From Chrysomallon squamiferum (taxonomy: Eukaryota; Animalia; Mollusca), in the NCBI GenBank assembly GCA_012295275.1, contig CM022671.1, positions 7,998,001 to 8,062,000 of the forward strand: a DNA stretch of 64,000 bases. Reading direction: 5' to 3'. The translations under genes were made by a program, and so were the position numbers. Numbering within the stretch: position 1 is the stretch's first letter; each line of letters opens with the position of its first letter. Below the pieces are notes generated by a model. The model was not told where the DNA came from. It worked only from the letters and a program-made list of their open reading frames with translations, and did no database searches. Below are positions 1 to 15,302 of the stretch, piece by piece.

Positions 1-1277
1 CATAAATTACTGCCAATCGACACATTAGAGGGCGCTCCTTAGTAACAGGTGCTTGTTTCCATGTTCCCTACAGAAATCGTTCCTGCATTCGCTTCCAATA
101 CTATTATCTAAATAATTTCAGCATATGGGTCATTTGCTGAATTTAATTACCAATTTTTGTATCAATAATGCAATGTAAATAAATAATGTTATGTACTGTA
201 TAGTAAATCATAACGGTTATATGCTAAAATCATTGACATATTTATTTTTACAAGTTGATTATCACGCGCATCATTTTACACTCGACACCGTCGTCCAACA
301 GAGAAGAAAATGTCGCTGTCAAACTATATTCCAAATTTATAAAGAAACTGCGTTTAACTTTACGTGAACTTTAAGCATGGGTACTTTTCAATTTTAATAC
401 TTTTAATTCCGAAGGATCATTTTAAATATTTAGTTATATAAACTGATTATCTGCATTTGATATATATGTCATAAAATAATATGTATATATGGAACTTGAT
501 CCGACCTTGTCCTTGGACATGGTTATGTGGAATGACAAATGAAAATCAAATTAAAAGTTTTTGAAGCAGTCAGTGTAAGCACATACTATTAATTAGCATC
601 TTTTAAACACATTGTATACTTTCGTTTGTAATTCGAATTAAAATGAGAACATTTGCTGCTGTTTAATGTAAAAAAAAATGTAGATAAAATGATCATGTAA
701 AACAAAAAGTAATAAATTATTAAATAATGGAAGAGAAATTCAAGCCAGTGTGTTCATGATCAAGTACTAATATCATTATGACTTTGTTTGAGTTACTTTC
801 GGAATTTGAATGTAATTATTCAATACATTTGAGCTGTTTACATTTGTTTTTATATTGATTCAGTTAAATGTCATGTAAAACAACAGAAAAGAATGATTTC
901 ATTTCATTATTCATATTAGTCAGATGTGTATTGAACAGTTACCCAAGAGAGTACACTGAGATGACAAAATGATCAAACAACTTGATCTCAAAGTGACCAG
1001 TTAATATGAACATGTTAATTAATGTACCAGGTTTTATACGATAGAGCTTTCGTTTGTTTCAGCGATGTTGTTTTACCATTATAGTCAAATACTTTATTAT
1101 CTGTTTAAAAATAGTTATAAATATTATGTTTATTCTGAGATAATGGATTTTGTTTAGATTAAAACACACCTTCACGATTTTTTATAATGATGTGTGAATA
1201 ATAATTTAAAAAATTGGATTGATAAATTATTTATTTCTGCAGCTTTATGACATAGTGTAGTTGCTGTAGGAGTTACA

Positions 1278-3633
1278 ATGGAGACAGATTCTAGTAGCTT
1301 CCTAGCCCTCATAGAGGCTGTACTTAGCTTGGCTGCTCCACCAGTTCCTCGTCCCCGTGATCCAATCGTTAAAGCTGGCGGCTATCCAGAAGATATGTTC
1401 CTTCATCTGTCAGAAGAAGACCGAGATGAATTTGAATGCACCATCTGGTATGTTCAGTTAGCCATTTCTTAACATAAAAACCTTTTCTGTGTACTGGACA
1501 TTTGTTAAAATTGGTCATGGTATGTGCCAGTTTATGGAACTGTTATTATTGTTTGTAGTATCTGATCATATTTTGTGAACCTTCTTCTCATGGTTGTGTG
1601 TGTGTGTGTGTGTGTGTGTTTTAACTGTATAAATATATTCTACAGGAAGTAGCTTATAAATACCCAATAATGTTGAAAGAGTTAAGGAAATTATATTTCC
1701 AAATTTATACCATTTGTAGTAGAATAAAACACCAACTGGTTCTTGAATACATATGCTTTTATTTTGAAATAAAACTTTTATTAAGATTTAATTGAATTAA
1801 AAATTTGTTTATACTTTGTAAGTCATGTATTCAGGTACAGTTATTTATATTGGTGCTTATATTTTTGGCAGCTATCAGATTCTTAAGAAAGCCATGCAGT
1901 GCAGTAACAATCACAAGTTCTGTCATAACTGCATATACGTATGGTCAACCAGTGGCAGACACTTGAATCGAACTCGGTGTCCAGTTTGCAGGGTTGATGG
2001 ACGTTATGAAGAGAATAAAGATCTTGATGAAAAAATTGAAAACCTGAGAGTCAGATGCAACCTGAAGAGTTGTAAATGGACAGGGTTGTTGAAGTTTCAC
2101 GGGAAACACGGGCACACTAATTACAGTACGACTCCGCAGTCTGGTTTTGAAAGCAAGGAACTACCAGCTCTGTCAGGTCGCATCACCCCTGCGAACAGGT
2201 CTGCCAGTACTAACACTCCGAGGTTAATGACAAGAACCGGACTGCAGGTTCCACCCCACCACACCCGTCTAAGGACACGGCTTGCAAACAGCCGGGTTAG
2301 AAGTGATGAAAACAACAACACTACCACTCACAACAACAACAACAGCAGTAACAGTAGCAGCAGCAGTGCAGCAGAGAGTCCAATGGATGTTAGTCTTGGT
2401 CTAGGCAGACGTAGTCCACACCTTTCTACCACCCCCCGTCCACCTGCAACACCGAGGCCTGCTGGTCATGTGACTAGACACAGAGTATCCTCGCTTCCAG
2501 CGCTGGTTCGCAGACCTGCAAGAGCTGGAGTCAGCGTGTCCAGTGCTGATGTCATCTCGTCTTCCATTGCAAGGTCACCAGAGACAACAGCCCCAGAGCA
2601 GCTGAGAGAAAGAGTCGACCAGGTAGATTATAATTTATCAAACATCAGATCACGTCTTCAGGTAAAGTTCACAGATTGTTTTTTTTTTTAAAAGAATAAT
2701 AATAATAATAAATAAATTAATTGAATGTGATGCATTGATCTGCATGGTAATTTCAGGAATAAAACTAATTATTTGAGGTACAGTTGTTAGAGTATCTAAT
2801 TTTATAAGTAATAAAAGTGATGATACACTTTGTTTTAATATGTCTCATGATCGTATTTGTATTTTACAGCTGTTTTGGTCTTTTATAACTAGAATATGGA
2901 AAGAATGTGAAATATGTTTTATATAAAATTACACAAAAATATTTTATTTAACATTTGACATATAAAAATACAGGCATAGCATTTATCATTTGAAAAACAA
3001 TTGCAGTTAATATTTCAGCTACATTAACAAATGAATATTCTTGTCTTTCCAAGTATTAAATTGTTAAATTTTATGAAGTGGACAAGATCTCTACTTTTCT
3101 TTTATATATATGTACATATGTATGTATGTATGTATGTATATATGTATATAAATAATACATAATTTGTTGAAGTAAAAATAGTTTCATCTCTAAAAGCTAT
3201 ATTTTGGTCAGCAAATAAAAATATAGAAATGATTCTAGTGATCATATCTTGCCACTATTTATAATGATATCAGGAAAAATATACAATTACATGAGAAATT
3301 TCTGTATTCAATAATGTTAAATTTAGAGGTATGCTTTTTTTTTTAAATTAAGAGAAATTTAACTTGACTTTTCTGTATTGTATTTATCTATATAAATAAA
3401 TTCAGGAAAGCCACAGTCACCTGGATGCTCTGATGTCCACATTTGGCAGTGAACTGGAACAGCATCAACAAGAAGTGATCAGCATCCACGTGGAACGTGA
3501 ACGTCAGCGCCAGGAACAGCTGGACGAAGTGCGTGAGCTGGGACGTCGTCTTGGACAGGTGGCCTCAGAACTTCGGCGACTACTGAGTCAGCGGCGCACA
3601 ATACGCGACGAACTGAGCGATTTGCTTGATTGA
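1278..3633 (+). CDS. RING-HC (C3HC4) finger protein, TRAF/RNF41/RNF151-like N-terminus, with C-terminal coiled coil; probable E3 ubiquitin ligase (~395 aa). Coding exons 1278-1447, 1872-2661, 3406-3633
   Basis: Acceptor AG 1241-1242; donor GT 1448 (phase 2, TG|C restores Cys); acceptor 1870-1871; donor 2662; acceptor 3404-3405; TGA 3631-3633. Splicing yields GGYPEDMF...CTICYQILKKAMQCSNNHKFCHNCIYVW...CPVCR (RING), then LRVRCNLKSCKWTGLLKFHGKHGH (TRAF-type Zn-finger-like), an S/P/R-rich linker and a heptad-like E/Q/R/L helix. Confidence 0.88.
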
Positions 3634-3848
3634 ATCTCAGACGTCACCAGTATTGTGATATTTTAAACAGCTCAAAGTTTCACTTAAAAAAGATGTTCAG
3701 TAACACTGTCTTTATTATCTGGACCCAGTTGTCTCACAGTTAGAGGAAAAAAAACAACAGATATATATATATATATATAAAAATATAATTTATGGATATG
3801 ATTACTTTTTTTTTTTTTTTTTTTTAAAGAATTGATTTGATATTATGT

Positions 3849-3881
<33 letters not shown>

Positions 3882-6800
3882 GATTTATATATTTATTTTT
3901 TTTGACGAATTGGGGAATTTTTATTATTTTATTTTTCCTTCTGGTTGTTTGCTCATTTTATAAATTGATTTATTTTTTTTTAATATTTTGTGAATTATAT
4001 CTGATTTTTGTGAATGTTAAATACTCCTGCAACAGGAATGATAAAATAACCCCCCCCCAAAAAAAATTAAAAATGAAAAATCATCAGCCGTTAATAATGT
4101 CTGTACCAAAATAAATAAATAAAAACAATAATGAAAAATCAAAAAATTTTAAAATTTATTTAAAAAACAAAACAAAAAAACAAAAAAAATCAACTGAAAA
4201 AGATTATTGACAGAGATTAATACACTAAATGTAATTATCAGCTTTTTTGTTTTGTATAAAACACAGGTGTTATTGTTAACAAATTTATATTTATAGAATT
4301 TTTTTTTACCTGTTCTTATTTTAAAATTTTAGTATCGGATATTATGGGGCTAAAAGAAACCATTTTTGTTTTTAATATGACATTTGACGTAACAGTATCA
4401 GGGTGTCTATCTCTAAATGATATTTTTGTTATATTTTATTTTAAATAGTATTTCAGAATGAATCTGAATCAGTGTGAAGATTAGCATGATTGATTTATTT
4501 TAACAAAACCAATAGATCAGACCACAATGACAGTTTTTTTTGCACTATTTTCTTTTTATTTTTGATTATTTTTGTTTTAAAAATTTATTGCTTTCTTTAA
4601 TATTTAATTATTTTATGTTATTATTTTCACTTCTTATTTTATTTTTGTTAGCTCTTCGTTGAAAAGATATGTTAGTGCTTTCAGACGTTTATTAACAACA
4701 CAGTCGTTTCATATATTAGTGCTCCAGAAAATTTTATTTAAAAAAAAATATTGAAAATTCTGTTATTGGTGTGTGACTGAAATTAATTAAGAATTATTTC
4801 CCTTCACTGATGACCAGTGAATTTGATAATACTACTATATTACACATTATTTATTTATTTATCTCATTTATTGTTTTCTATATAAATTACAAGAATGTTC
4901 ATGATATTCCAATATATATATATATTTTTTTTTTTTAATTTCTAAACTTAATGTTTTGTTTCTTCTCTGCATTTAATTCATTTTTTTAATTTATTATTAT
5001 TATTATTATTTTTTTTTTCAAGCAATATTTAAAAGAAATGTGATGATTAAAATAAATATACAAATTAAATATTTTTCTGGAGCATTAATTTAAGTCATAT
5101 TGATGCCTTTGATGTGATATATAAGCATTGTGATATGTGTGATATTGTATTGATTTTGAAAATAGTATATATAGCAACATGTACAGTTCACTAGCAAATG
5201 ATAAACATTTTATTAATATGTATTATGGGTATTATTGTTGTTATTATTATTTTTTTTTTTTGGACTATTATTATTTTATAATTATTTTTCATTTATTTAT
5301 TTTTGAAAAAGTAGATAATATATGTATATTGCAGAATATGTCAAAACATATTATTTTTGAGCTTGTATTTGATCAATTCTTAATGTGTGTCTCTTGTTTT
5401 AGCACAAGGCTTATATAAAAATAAAATAAAATAAATATTAATAATGTGACTGACTACTTACAAATTTGCTCAAAAGACTAGATTGTGTTTTTTATTCATT
5501 GCGGTATTTGATGTTATGAGTAATTAATTAATGGTAAAGTTGTGGTTGAATTTATTTTCAAACATATACTGAAGAATGATCATTCTTTCTGTACTGGCTC
5601 TGAAAATTTCAGATGAAAATTGTTGCTCAAAACTTCATTTCAACAAAATTCATTCATTCACAATTTGCATAAAATTCCATTTTGGTTTCTGTTCTCAAAT
5701 GGCTGATTTTTTGAATGTCCAACAACAACTTAAACAACGTTTCATTCTAAAAAATAACAAATAAATAATTTATTTTTTGTCAATATTATAAAATGTCATA
5801 TTATCAATTATATTTAATGTAAAATTAATTGTGTAATGTGTCTGTGTATATATTTGTATGTATATATGTGAGAAAACGGGTTAACAAGAGAGTGATTGTC
5901 TGAGATTGAGAGAAGGATGGGATAGGTGTGTGGAATGAGTGAAGAAGGAAGCAGTACATGCTGAAATTGTGTGAATTACAAACTAAAATTTTTTTTTTAT
6001 GTAGCTCTAATATTTTGTAATTTATTTCAGGGCAAGTGAATTAAAACTTGCTTACGATGTGTGGGTTTATTTAATGTTTAAATACTTAATGATGTCTTTT
6101 TGATTCTGTTTTTGAGGCTTGTTCCTCTTGTGTGAAACTATGCAGAAATATTAAAAATAAACTATGTCAGTATTTTGAAATTTATTCCAGGTTTATTTAG
6201 TGTATAAATTTATTGAGATACGGTCTGGGCACTTTGATGTGTGGCCAGTCTACACACATTGTTTCATGAAAAATTAAATAATAAGATATATCATTTAATA
6301 AATTGTAAAATAGTTTTATACTGAAGACTTAAACATTGAAAGAGCAGGTGTGACAACACAATTTGGTTATTAAATTATTTAAAAATAAATAAATAAATAA
6401 ATAAATAATAGTAATAATTACTGTGTTTTAATTTTTACTACTAAAACGTTTCTTTTATTTTTATTTTTTTCTGAATTGTTCAAATGTAAATTATCTGTAC
6501 ATAAATTGTTTTGTGTGTGACTTAGTTCTTGTCTATGTTTTTGTTTAAAGTGGGGGTAAAGTTTGATAATGATTTTGTAAATAGTTACAATTTGAAAGAC
6601 AGTATTTACAGGGTTGAATATTATGAGCGAGAGATTATTTTCAATGTTAAACAGTATTTAAGGTTTTTTTAAATTTATCTTTAATGTACTAAGTGGATAA
6701 ATATGATCATTAAATCTTTGAATGATGGATCCTGTAAATCAAACAATGCTTTTTTAATAACTGTAATTTTTATTTTAAGTAAAAAAAAAGAAACAGTGAG

Positions 6801-7206
6801 TGTGTCATTTTAAAATTTTTTTAGAAACATAGTTAAAAATTGTTTTAAATAAGTGGGTTTTTTTTGTTGTGAAGGAATGTTGTTTTTTCTTTTTCTTTTT
6901 TTTTTTAATTACAATAATAAAAAAATAAATAAATAATAATAATAATGTCTTATATAGTTTAAATCTTGGTAGCAAATACCAACCTGACACCTAAATGTAG
7001 TTTTTGTTTGTTTTTTTATCTTCTTTGTTTTTTATTTTTTTATTTATTTTTTTTATATATATATTTTATAAATCATTTTCTTTAATTTTGTTGGTTTTTT
7101 TCTTTAATATAAATATCTCCAGAATAACATAAAATCTATTAAAATTCTCAGCTTGGGAATATTAAATTTTATTTTCTAATTTATTAAATGTTTTAAAAGT
7201 AAATTT

Positions 7207-7238
<32 letters not shown>

Positions 7239-10051
7239 CCCTCCCCATAAATGAACTGGCAGCTTCTGTTGGGTTTCATATACAATGAAGATTGCTTTCT
7301 GTAATAACTTGTGAGGTTATAAATGAGCAATTAAAACCACTGTTATCCAGTACAGATATTGTTTTTTAATTTTGGTTTAACATTAATATTGATAGATTGA
7401 TTTAAGACAATGTTTTTGACAGATTAAATGTTGGTGTTCATGTTTTCTGGTATTTCTTCTTTGCTCATTTATTTATTTAATTTACTGTCATATTATTTGT
7501 TTTATATATGTAATGAGTAAAACTGTGCACATAATTCTACAAATCAGTGCATATCTCAGTTTGTGTCTAATATGCAGAACAAAAGATTGTTAATATTTTA
7601 TGTTTTTTAACAAAGACAGACAGGGTTTTATGATCATATTTAATGAGTTCTAGTTTTTCAAATATTTATTAAATTTCCAATATTAAATACTTAGAATCTC
7701 ATTCTGTCACTTTATTTTATTTTATTTTTTGTTCTAGTCTTTGGTTAATGTTTTTCAAATAGTTATTATTATGAGTTATAAAACGAAATTTCAGTTCATT
7801 AGAATTTAACAGTATTTAAATGTTGTGTGTCGTATTAAAATAGGTCTAGAGACAATCAGTAATTAACAAATATGTTTTTTGCTCTTTGATCTGGAATATG
7901 ATTTAACCAATATAAAGTTTTAGATAAAGGAATTTGAGGTTTAGTATTAAATATGTTTTTGAAATTAACTTGACAAAGGCAGTCAGTCATCATAACTGAA
8001 TCAAATGTAGTCGTCTGTCTGTCTGTCTGTCTGGTTCTGTCTATCTGTCTTTATATTTGTGTGTGTGGATGTGTGTGTGTGTGTGTGTGTGTGTTTAAGG
8101 TTTTATGCTGAAAATATGATGTCAGATATTTGGATTAGATGTTTTAAGCTTATGAATCCAGCTGTCAGTCAAATGTTATTAGGGACATGTCTGGACTGTA
8201 TTTGACTGTCTTGTATTTCTAACTGTACACTTGGTCTCTATCTACGGTCTCAATGTATTAAAATATTGATCTACATACAGCTTATACAGTGCATTCACAT
8301 TTCAAGTAACAAGACAGACAGTAATTTAAAAATTAATAACTGCTGTTTTATTATTCATATTCTGACTGTACTTTGACAAAACCCTCAGCGTTTCAGATGA
8401 AATATTAATGATGACTGATTGTCCAAGTAAAGCAAAAAAAAAACCTAATTTGTTTGAAGGATACTTAGTTTATAAATTTCATTAATATGTAATCTTTGAT
8501 TATGTTCATTTAATCGTTTTATTTTTCAATAGAGTCCAGATATGTGAAAAAAAGATGAAACAAAACAAAAAAGACCAAAAAATGAAAAATGAAAATCAAA
8601 GTATGTACGTTTTGGTTTAAATTGTGATTATTAACTATGCTACATTTCACTTAATGATTTTAATGTGACATAAGACATAAGAAGTGTTGATACATTTTGA
8701 TTTTTGATTTTCACTGTGATATATTCCAATAATTTGGTTTTGTTTATAACACCTTTTGATGAAATACATTTGAAAATCATGTTTGTTTTTGTTTTTTTTT
8801 TTCACATAAAATATTTTTTAAAAATGAGAGAAAAACCGTTTGACTTTTGCAAGGCAGTAAACATCAAATATTATGCTTAACAACAGTAGAATATCTACCA
8901 TAATCCATTTTTTATTCCATAATTTATTATTTATTTATTTTCGTTTTATTATTTTAGTATTATTTTCAGTTCTCGATTTTCATATTTTATTTAATTTCAA
9001 TTTATCTGTTTATGTCAGATACTGTTAAAAATGTAATCCAGTTATATAATTATACACCCTGAATAATTTTAAAATTAAAAAGACAACATATAATTATGTA
9101 TATTCAGGTTTGACAAATGATATATTTTGGGACTGAGGTGATAAACATTCGTGCTTATTAACACGCACAGACACGCACGCACAGATACCTTAACAATCCT
9201 AAGCCTATCTATATAAACAAGCAATTGGAACAGTTATTATAATTGCATTGAGAATTAATTTATTTAGAGAAATATTATATTATTTATATTTATGTTTTCG
9301 ACATTCATTTTATTTTTATTTTTTTTCATTATTCTGAAATGTTAGTTTTCTCTCTCTCTCTGACTTTCTGCGCGCGCGCGCGCACTTTCACAAACGTACC
9401 TACTATACATCACAAATAATTTTGTTAAATTTATTATTATTATTATTATTTTAAATCGTCTTTCCAGTAAACTAAATTATATTAAGAATTACTTTCAGAG
9501 AAGGGATACAAATATCTCGAGAAATCAAAGTCAGCCAAATAAAATGTATTATTATACAATGAACAATATTCCCACAGTCGTCTTTGCTGGAGGTATGTAG
9601 TTATTGTTTAACAGTTTTTATTAACACCAAACTCGGTTTAAAGCTATGAGTCACTGCAACGTAGGAGGTTTGAACACTGAACAGTCTTCAGATGGATTGC
9701 AGGAAAAAGTGACCTTTGGTTATTTCAGTTCTAAGCATGGCAAATCATTGCCTTTTTTTTTCTTCTTTTCTTAAAACAAAAATACATAAATAAAATAAAA
9801 AATAGATTAGTATTTTTTACGTCTGGATATTAGGTGTTTTAGAGGTATGGTACAGATACTAGTATCTTGGTACCTCTTCCTGACATCCAGTATTTCACTG
9901 ATGATACATTAACTATTTCTCTTTATAATGGAACACTTTATACCTTGGTTAAACAGTTACCTTCTTCCCTCTCTGAAATCCTGGATTTACCCCTAGATAC
10001 ATTTTTTTGTTTTATTAATTAATCCATTTTGATATTTACAATACCGTATAC

Positions 10052-10054
<3 letters not shown>

Positions 10055-10122
<68 letters not shown>
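10055..10122. repeat. (GA)n microsatellite
   Basis: Direct observation. Confidence 0.98.
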
Positions 10123-10125
<3 letters not shown>

Positions 10126-10269
10126 AAATACCAGTTTATTGAAAGCTGGGTGTTCTAGATAAGTTATAAATACTTCAAACAACACATTAAACAAGTGACG
10201 TATTTCAATGGACACGAGTTGTCCTCCTTTTCGGCGTGTCGACTTACCTGGACGACAGATGGCGCGATT

Positions 10270-11135
10270 TGTTATTGTTAACGCAGCCCGTTGGGCGCGT
10301 CCTGTGTTGAAACTAATGATGAACTAAATATAGACATATTACCTCTTAACTGTGGACTTAACTTCGTGAGCCATTTTCTCCTGGCGAATTAATATTTGTT
10401 AACTTTCTCTTCGTAAGTATTTACCTTTACACCGGTTCATGCCGATTGCGATTTATTTCATTGTAATAATGTGCTACCTGAATGAACATTTCAAAAATTT
10501 CTTCGAATGTAATGTAGCATTGTAGGTCAACATTCGTATGGATCTGTTACATCGAATATTTTAAACATGACTGGCACGCTGTTTGAAAATTACTAATGTG
10601 GCGAAATTCATTTTGAAAATTAGATATTATAAATAATAGGTTTTTTGTTGTTGTTGTTGTATGTATTAAATATTAAATTAAATAAAATAATAATAATAAG
10701 AAAGAAAGAAAGAAAGAACAAAAAAAAAAAAATATATATATATATATTTATTTTTGTTCTATCTCATTGCAACATATAACTGTGACAACGATGAATGAAT
10801 ATTATCTATATAAATAAACGAACGTAAGACTTTAAAATCATCTTGCTTATTTCAGCAAATGACGTCCGTTTCGGATCCGTTATTGTTGTGACCGCTAATC
10901 TGACATAACTGTCAGCTTACACAACTGACTGACCAGTCATGTGACTCATTAATTAACTGAGTGGACAGGTGAAAGTCTTAACGGGCGGCTTCTGTTAGAG
11001 GACAGGTAAATCGGAACGCCGCCACCATCACCAGGTATTTCGACTTCCAGGTGAACTGGGTCATTCACTGTGGAGGTGCAGAATTCAATCCCCAATCAAG
11101 TGAAAAGGACAAAAGGCAACAAAGAGAACACGAAA
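10270..11135 (+). other. Probable 5' UTR of membrane protein A: non-coding exon ending 10412 and start of exon 10856-11214
   Basis: CpG-rich stretch about 10200-10450, donor C|GTAAGT at 10413, acceptor TTTCAG at 10850-10855. The start coordinate is approximate. Confidence 0.5.
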
Positions 11136-12400
11136 ATGGACAGGATAACAACAACCGTTATTTTGTTATATTTGAACGTTTACACTGCTCTTGGAGTCGA
11201 TCCAACAAAGCAATGTAAGTATACAAAGAAAATCTAAATAATTATTCTCATTTACATTTTATTTTATTTTTGTTTATTATAAAAGGTACTGCATTAGAAA
11301 GAACATTATAAAACGCTTTCCACCACTGTATAAATTAACTGCACGACCGTCTTTTTTTTATATTCTCCGATATCGAGGACAAATACATAAAATAGCGTTT
11401 AGGGTAAAAAGAGGCATAAATTATGTATTAGTGAATGTTGGGATTGGGGTGACTGTTACTAAATGATTTATCTTGGATAACAATATTAAAATACGTTTTC
11501 TAAACAGTCTATTTAAAAAATAATAATAATAATAATAATAAATACATTTTTAATAAAAAATTAAAAATAAAAATAAAAATTTAATAAAAAAACAAAAAAT
11601 AAAAAATAAATAAATAAAATAAAATAAAATACAACTGTAAAACTTTACTGGAAAGTTTGTCATTGGGGAATCATATTAACCTTGTATTACAGCTTTTAAA
11701 AAACGTGTTTTGAAACTGTCTTGACATGTTAATAATTTTGAGCCATGTTAAAATTCAAGGAAAGTTATTGCATATGGTGGTAATACAGCAAGGAAAGAAG
11801 CCAAGTTATTTAATATACAGTTGAATTCTGATTAATATTTATATCCGAACAGAAACATTAAGTGTAAATTCTGCTTGTGATTTAGCTGTTTATGTAACTT
11901 GCCTCAAGCAAAATTATTACGTAATGCTGTATTAAATTAAGAACGTGCTAGGAATATTTTAGTCATCGTCAAAATATAGATATATATATTTCTATAAAAA
12001 ATAGTATAACGAAGTATTGCCAGCATTTCTAATGAAATAGATAAAGTTTCTGTATGTATGTATGGGTGAGTGTAAATATATATGATGTATCATCTATGTA
12101 GGTATGTATGTTTGTGTGTATGTATGTGTATATATGTTAAAGTTTAAAATACTATTATGAAAAAAAGAGAGAAAAAAACAGGCAGGCAGACATACATAGA
12201 GATATGCAGACAAAATTACTTAGTGCAAAAGTATTTACAAGTGTGACAAAGTGATTTTGTACGTTGTCTGAGGTCACAGTTTCTGACGTTATCCTACGAC
12301 GACATCCTGTTGTTACGTACTTGTACTCGGCTAGACACGGAAGTATCCGTGGTATGCTAACTTCGACGTCACGTTTTCATTACATTCGATTTTAAACGTA

Positions 12401-12432
<32 letters not shown>

Positions 12433-15263
12433 GTTAAGATTGATGAATGTAACAACCCATGATTTACTTTGTTAAAAAAAAATCATCCATAATTTACCGA
12501 TCTTTTCGAATATCTTCTGAAATAACAGTAATAATTTCATTATATATATATGTAATTATATTTAAGGACGGTTTTTTGTCTAAAACGTTCGCGAATTTAT
12601 GGTCCAGTTTCGGTTTTTCTATGCTGGACTTTGTCAGTAGGCTTAGTATGAGTTCCTGTTATTGGGAAGGTGGCGTTTTTTTTTTGTTTTTTTAAATGCT
12701 TAACTCGTAGATGAATCACGTTTTCACTCTAGCTGTGTCGTCCATAAACGTATTACACACAAACACACACAGTAATATATAAAACCAACACACAGTAATA
12801 TATAAAACCAACACACATACACTCAGATAAAACCAACACACATACACTCATATAAAACCAACACACATACACTCAGATAAAACCAACACACATACACTCA
12901 TATAAAACCAACACACATACACTCAGATAAAACCAACACACATACACTCATATAAAACCAACACACATACACTCATATAAAATCAAAAAACATACACTCA
13001 TATAAAACGTATACGTACGTATATAATACACAGTAAAACCGCGGATTGAAATACACTCTACTGTTTTCTTCCTACTTTAGAATGTGTATTGACTTTTGAA
13101 TTAGTTTTCTATAAAGACACTGTTAAGTAGATAATAAACGGATTCACAGAAGTGTTAAGCCTGACAAATACGAGTCGTGCACTTACCAGCTAAATCACTT
13201 GTAAAACAAACAATGTCATGCGTTGTTTACGCTGTTATTATCTGATAGAGTCAGATAACGTAATTATAATCTATAGCTAGGAGTATTTGAACAATTCGTT
13301 TCTGGACTTTCAGTATAAAACTAATAAATACTTTATTTATCTTGATAATTTAAAAAAAATAAAATAATAATAATAATAAATAAAAATAACAACAACAACA
13401 AAATATAATCGTTATTTAATCTCTGTTGTTGTTGTTTTAAATTTATACAGACAGTATTTTTATTTTGAAAGTTATACTCACTACAAGGATAGTGCCCGCC
13501 ATTCTGACTTTTAATTCTACCATTCTCAATAATAAATAAAGAGTAACATCAGTAACAACAATAAATAAAGAAAGAAAGAAAGAAAGAATGAAAGAATGAA
13601 AGAATGAAAGAAATGGAGTATTAATTCGTGGGGGTTTTTTTGTTTTTTTTATTTCGCATGGTCTTTTATTATTCAGATTACCTTTTATAGAACTAAAAAT
13701 TAGTATTCAGTTTGCAATTGCTTGAGGCCAAAACAAATCTTTAATTTTCCGGTTGATTTGACGATAGCAGATACGCAGTTACACACTAACGGCGGTTCCA
13801 TAATTTTTAGGGAGGAATTTAACGATAACAAATAATCGTAACAAATCATCGGACGTATTATTCCAACGTCAAACAATACTAATATTTAATTTACTCTTTC
13901 ATTAACGTAACCACGTGGTATGTCAATAGGCGAAGTGGAAATGCGTATCTTTAAGATTTTATTTGATACGGATGACCGACTGTGGTAATATGACGCTGAT
14001 GCTAATCCATCTTCTAATGTTGTTGACGTATTCTGTGATGAAAATTTCTCTGTTGGTCCTTGTATGAATATGTTAAAAGAAATAAAACAATAATTGTTGA
14101 ATGTTTACGTATGAAAATAAAATAGGTACAGTTGCAATCATCTATCTATCTATCTATCTTTACATACATATACATGTCTGTTTGCGAGTAAACTGAAATC
14201 GCGCCATAATAACAGTCGTACAAAAATTAGTAAGAGCAGCCGTACATGCAGTAATAGTATTAGAAAAAGTAACACTATTAAAAGTAGGTCCGTTTAGTAA
14301 AATAACTGGAAACTATATCTGTGACGGAGATTTCAGTATTTTATTTGTACCCAGGCTCCAGATAGTTTTTATTTTCGTGCAAACACAGACTTAATGCTTA
14401 TTTTCATCGTTACAAACGAAATAACAATTTTTGCATTCATTTTTGACAAGTGCATTTCTTTCACTGACACACATTCTGTTATGTCTTCTGTACCGCAAAC
14501 TTGCCAATGGCGTGATTTTCGTTTACTCGCAAATATATGCGAACGCAACCATAAACATTTTTGTCCTTTGCTTTTACCGTTTACACAAGCGTAAACCTCT
14601 TGCATACTTACACTCGTGACTAAGCCCTTTGGAGAAATCGAGACTTTCGTTATGATTCAGCCGAATGTCTCAGTACTTGTGACCATGGGTCCCACACACC
14701 ACTTTTTATGACAGAATTATAGATCAGTCTCATTTAAATATCATGTGCGAGACAATAAGAGTGATTATGTGCTGAAAGCCATTCTCAGGGAATATTTATT
14801 AGACCATTAAGTATTATATCGATCTTTATTTTGTTCTGATGTAATTTTTTTAAAGTTGTAGCCGTTTTCGAATACTCCTTTAAAACTTATTTGTTGTTGT
14901 TGTTAATTTGGTTATCGTTAACAGTAGTAATAGTAATCGTATATAATTTTAAACTGATTCCGCTTAATGCTTCAACTCTCGGAAAATCTTGTGAAGTAGT
15001 AGTTTAATCTTTCGAAACAGGAAGCAGTAAAAGCTGATCTGCATAAGAGGTTATTTTCTGTTCTGATCTGTTTTACATAACTGACTATTTTTACATAAAA
15101 TAAAAAAATATAAAAAATATGCATATAAAACATCGACATTTATTGTTGTTACATGCTTGCTGTTTAGAAACCCGCTTTGACTCGAGTTTCACTATTAATA
15201 TAAAAAGCTTTTGAGGTGCATTTAATTAAAACTTGTTGTCCTGTGCAAAGAATGCGGATTCAG

Positions 15264-15302
<39 letters not shown>

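Noticed and set aside
12801-13008. CRISPR-like array
   Set aside because: Head-to-tail units without unique spacers, in a eukaryotic intron; the same applies to the 35.6 kb and 39 kb repeats.
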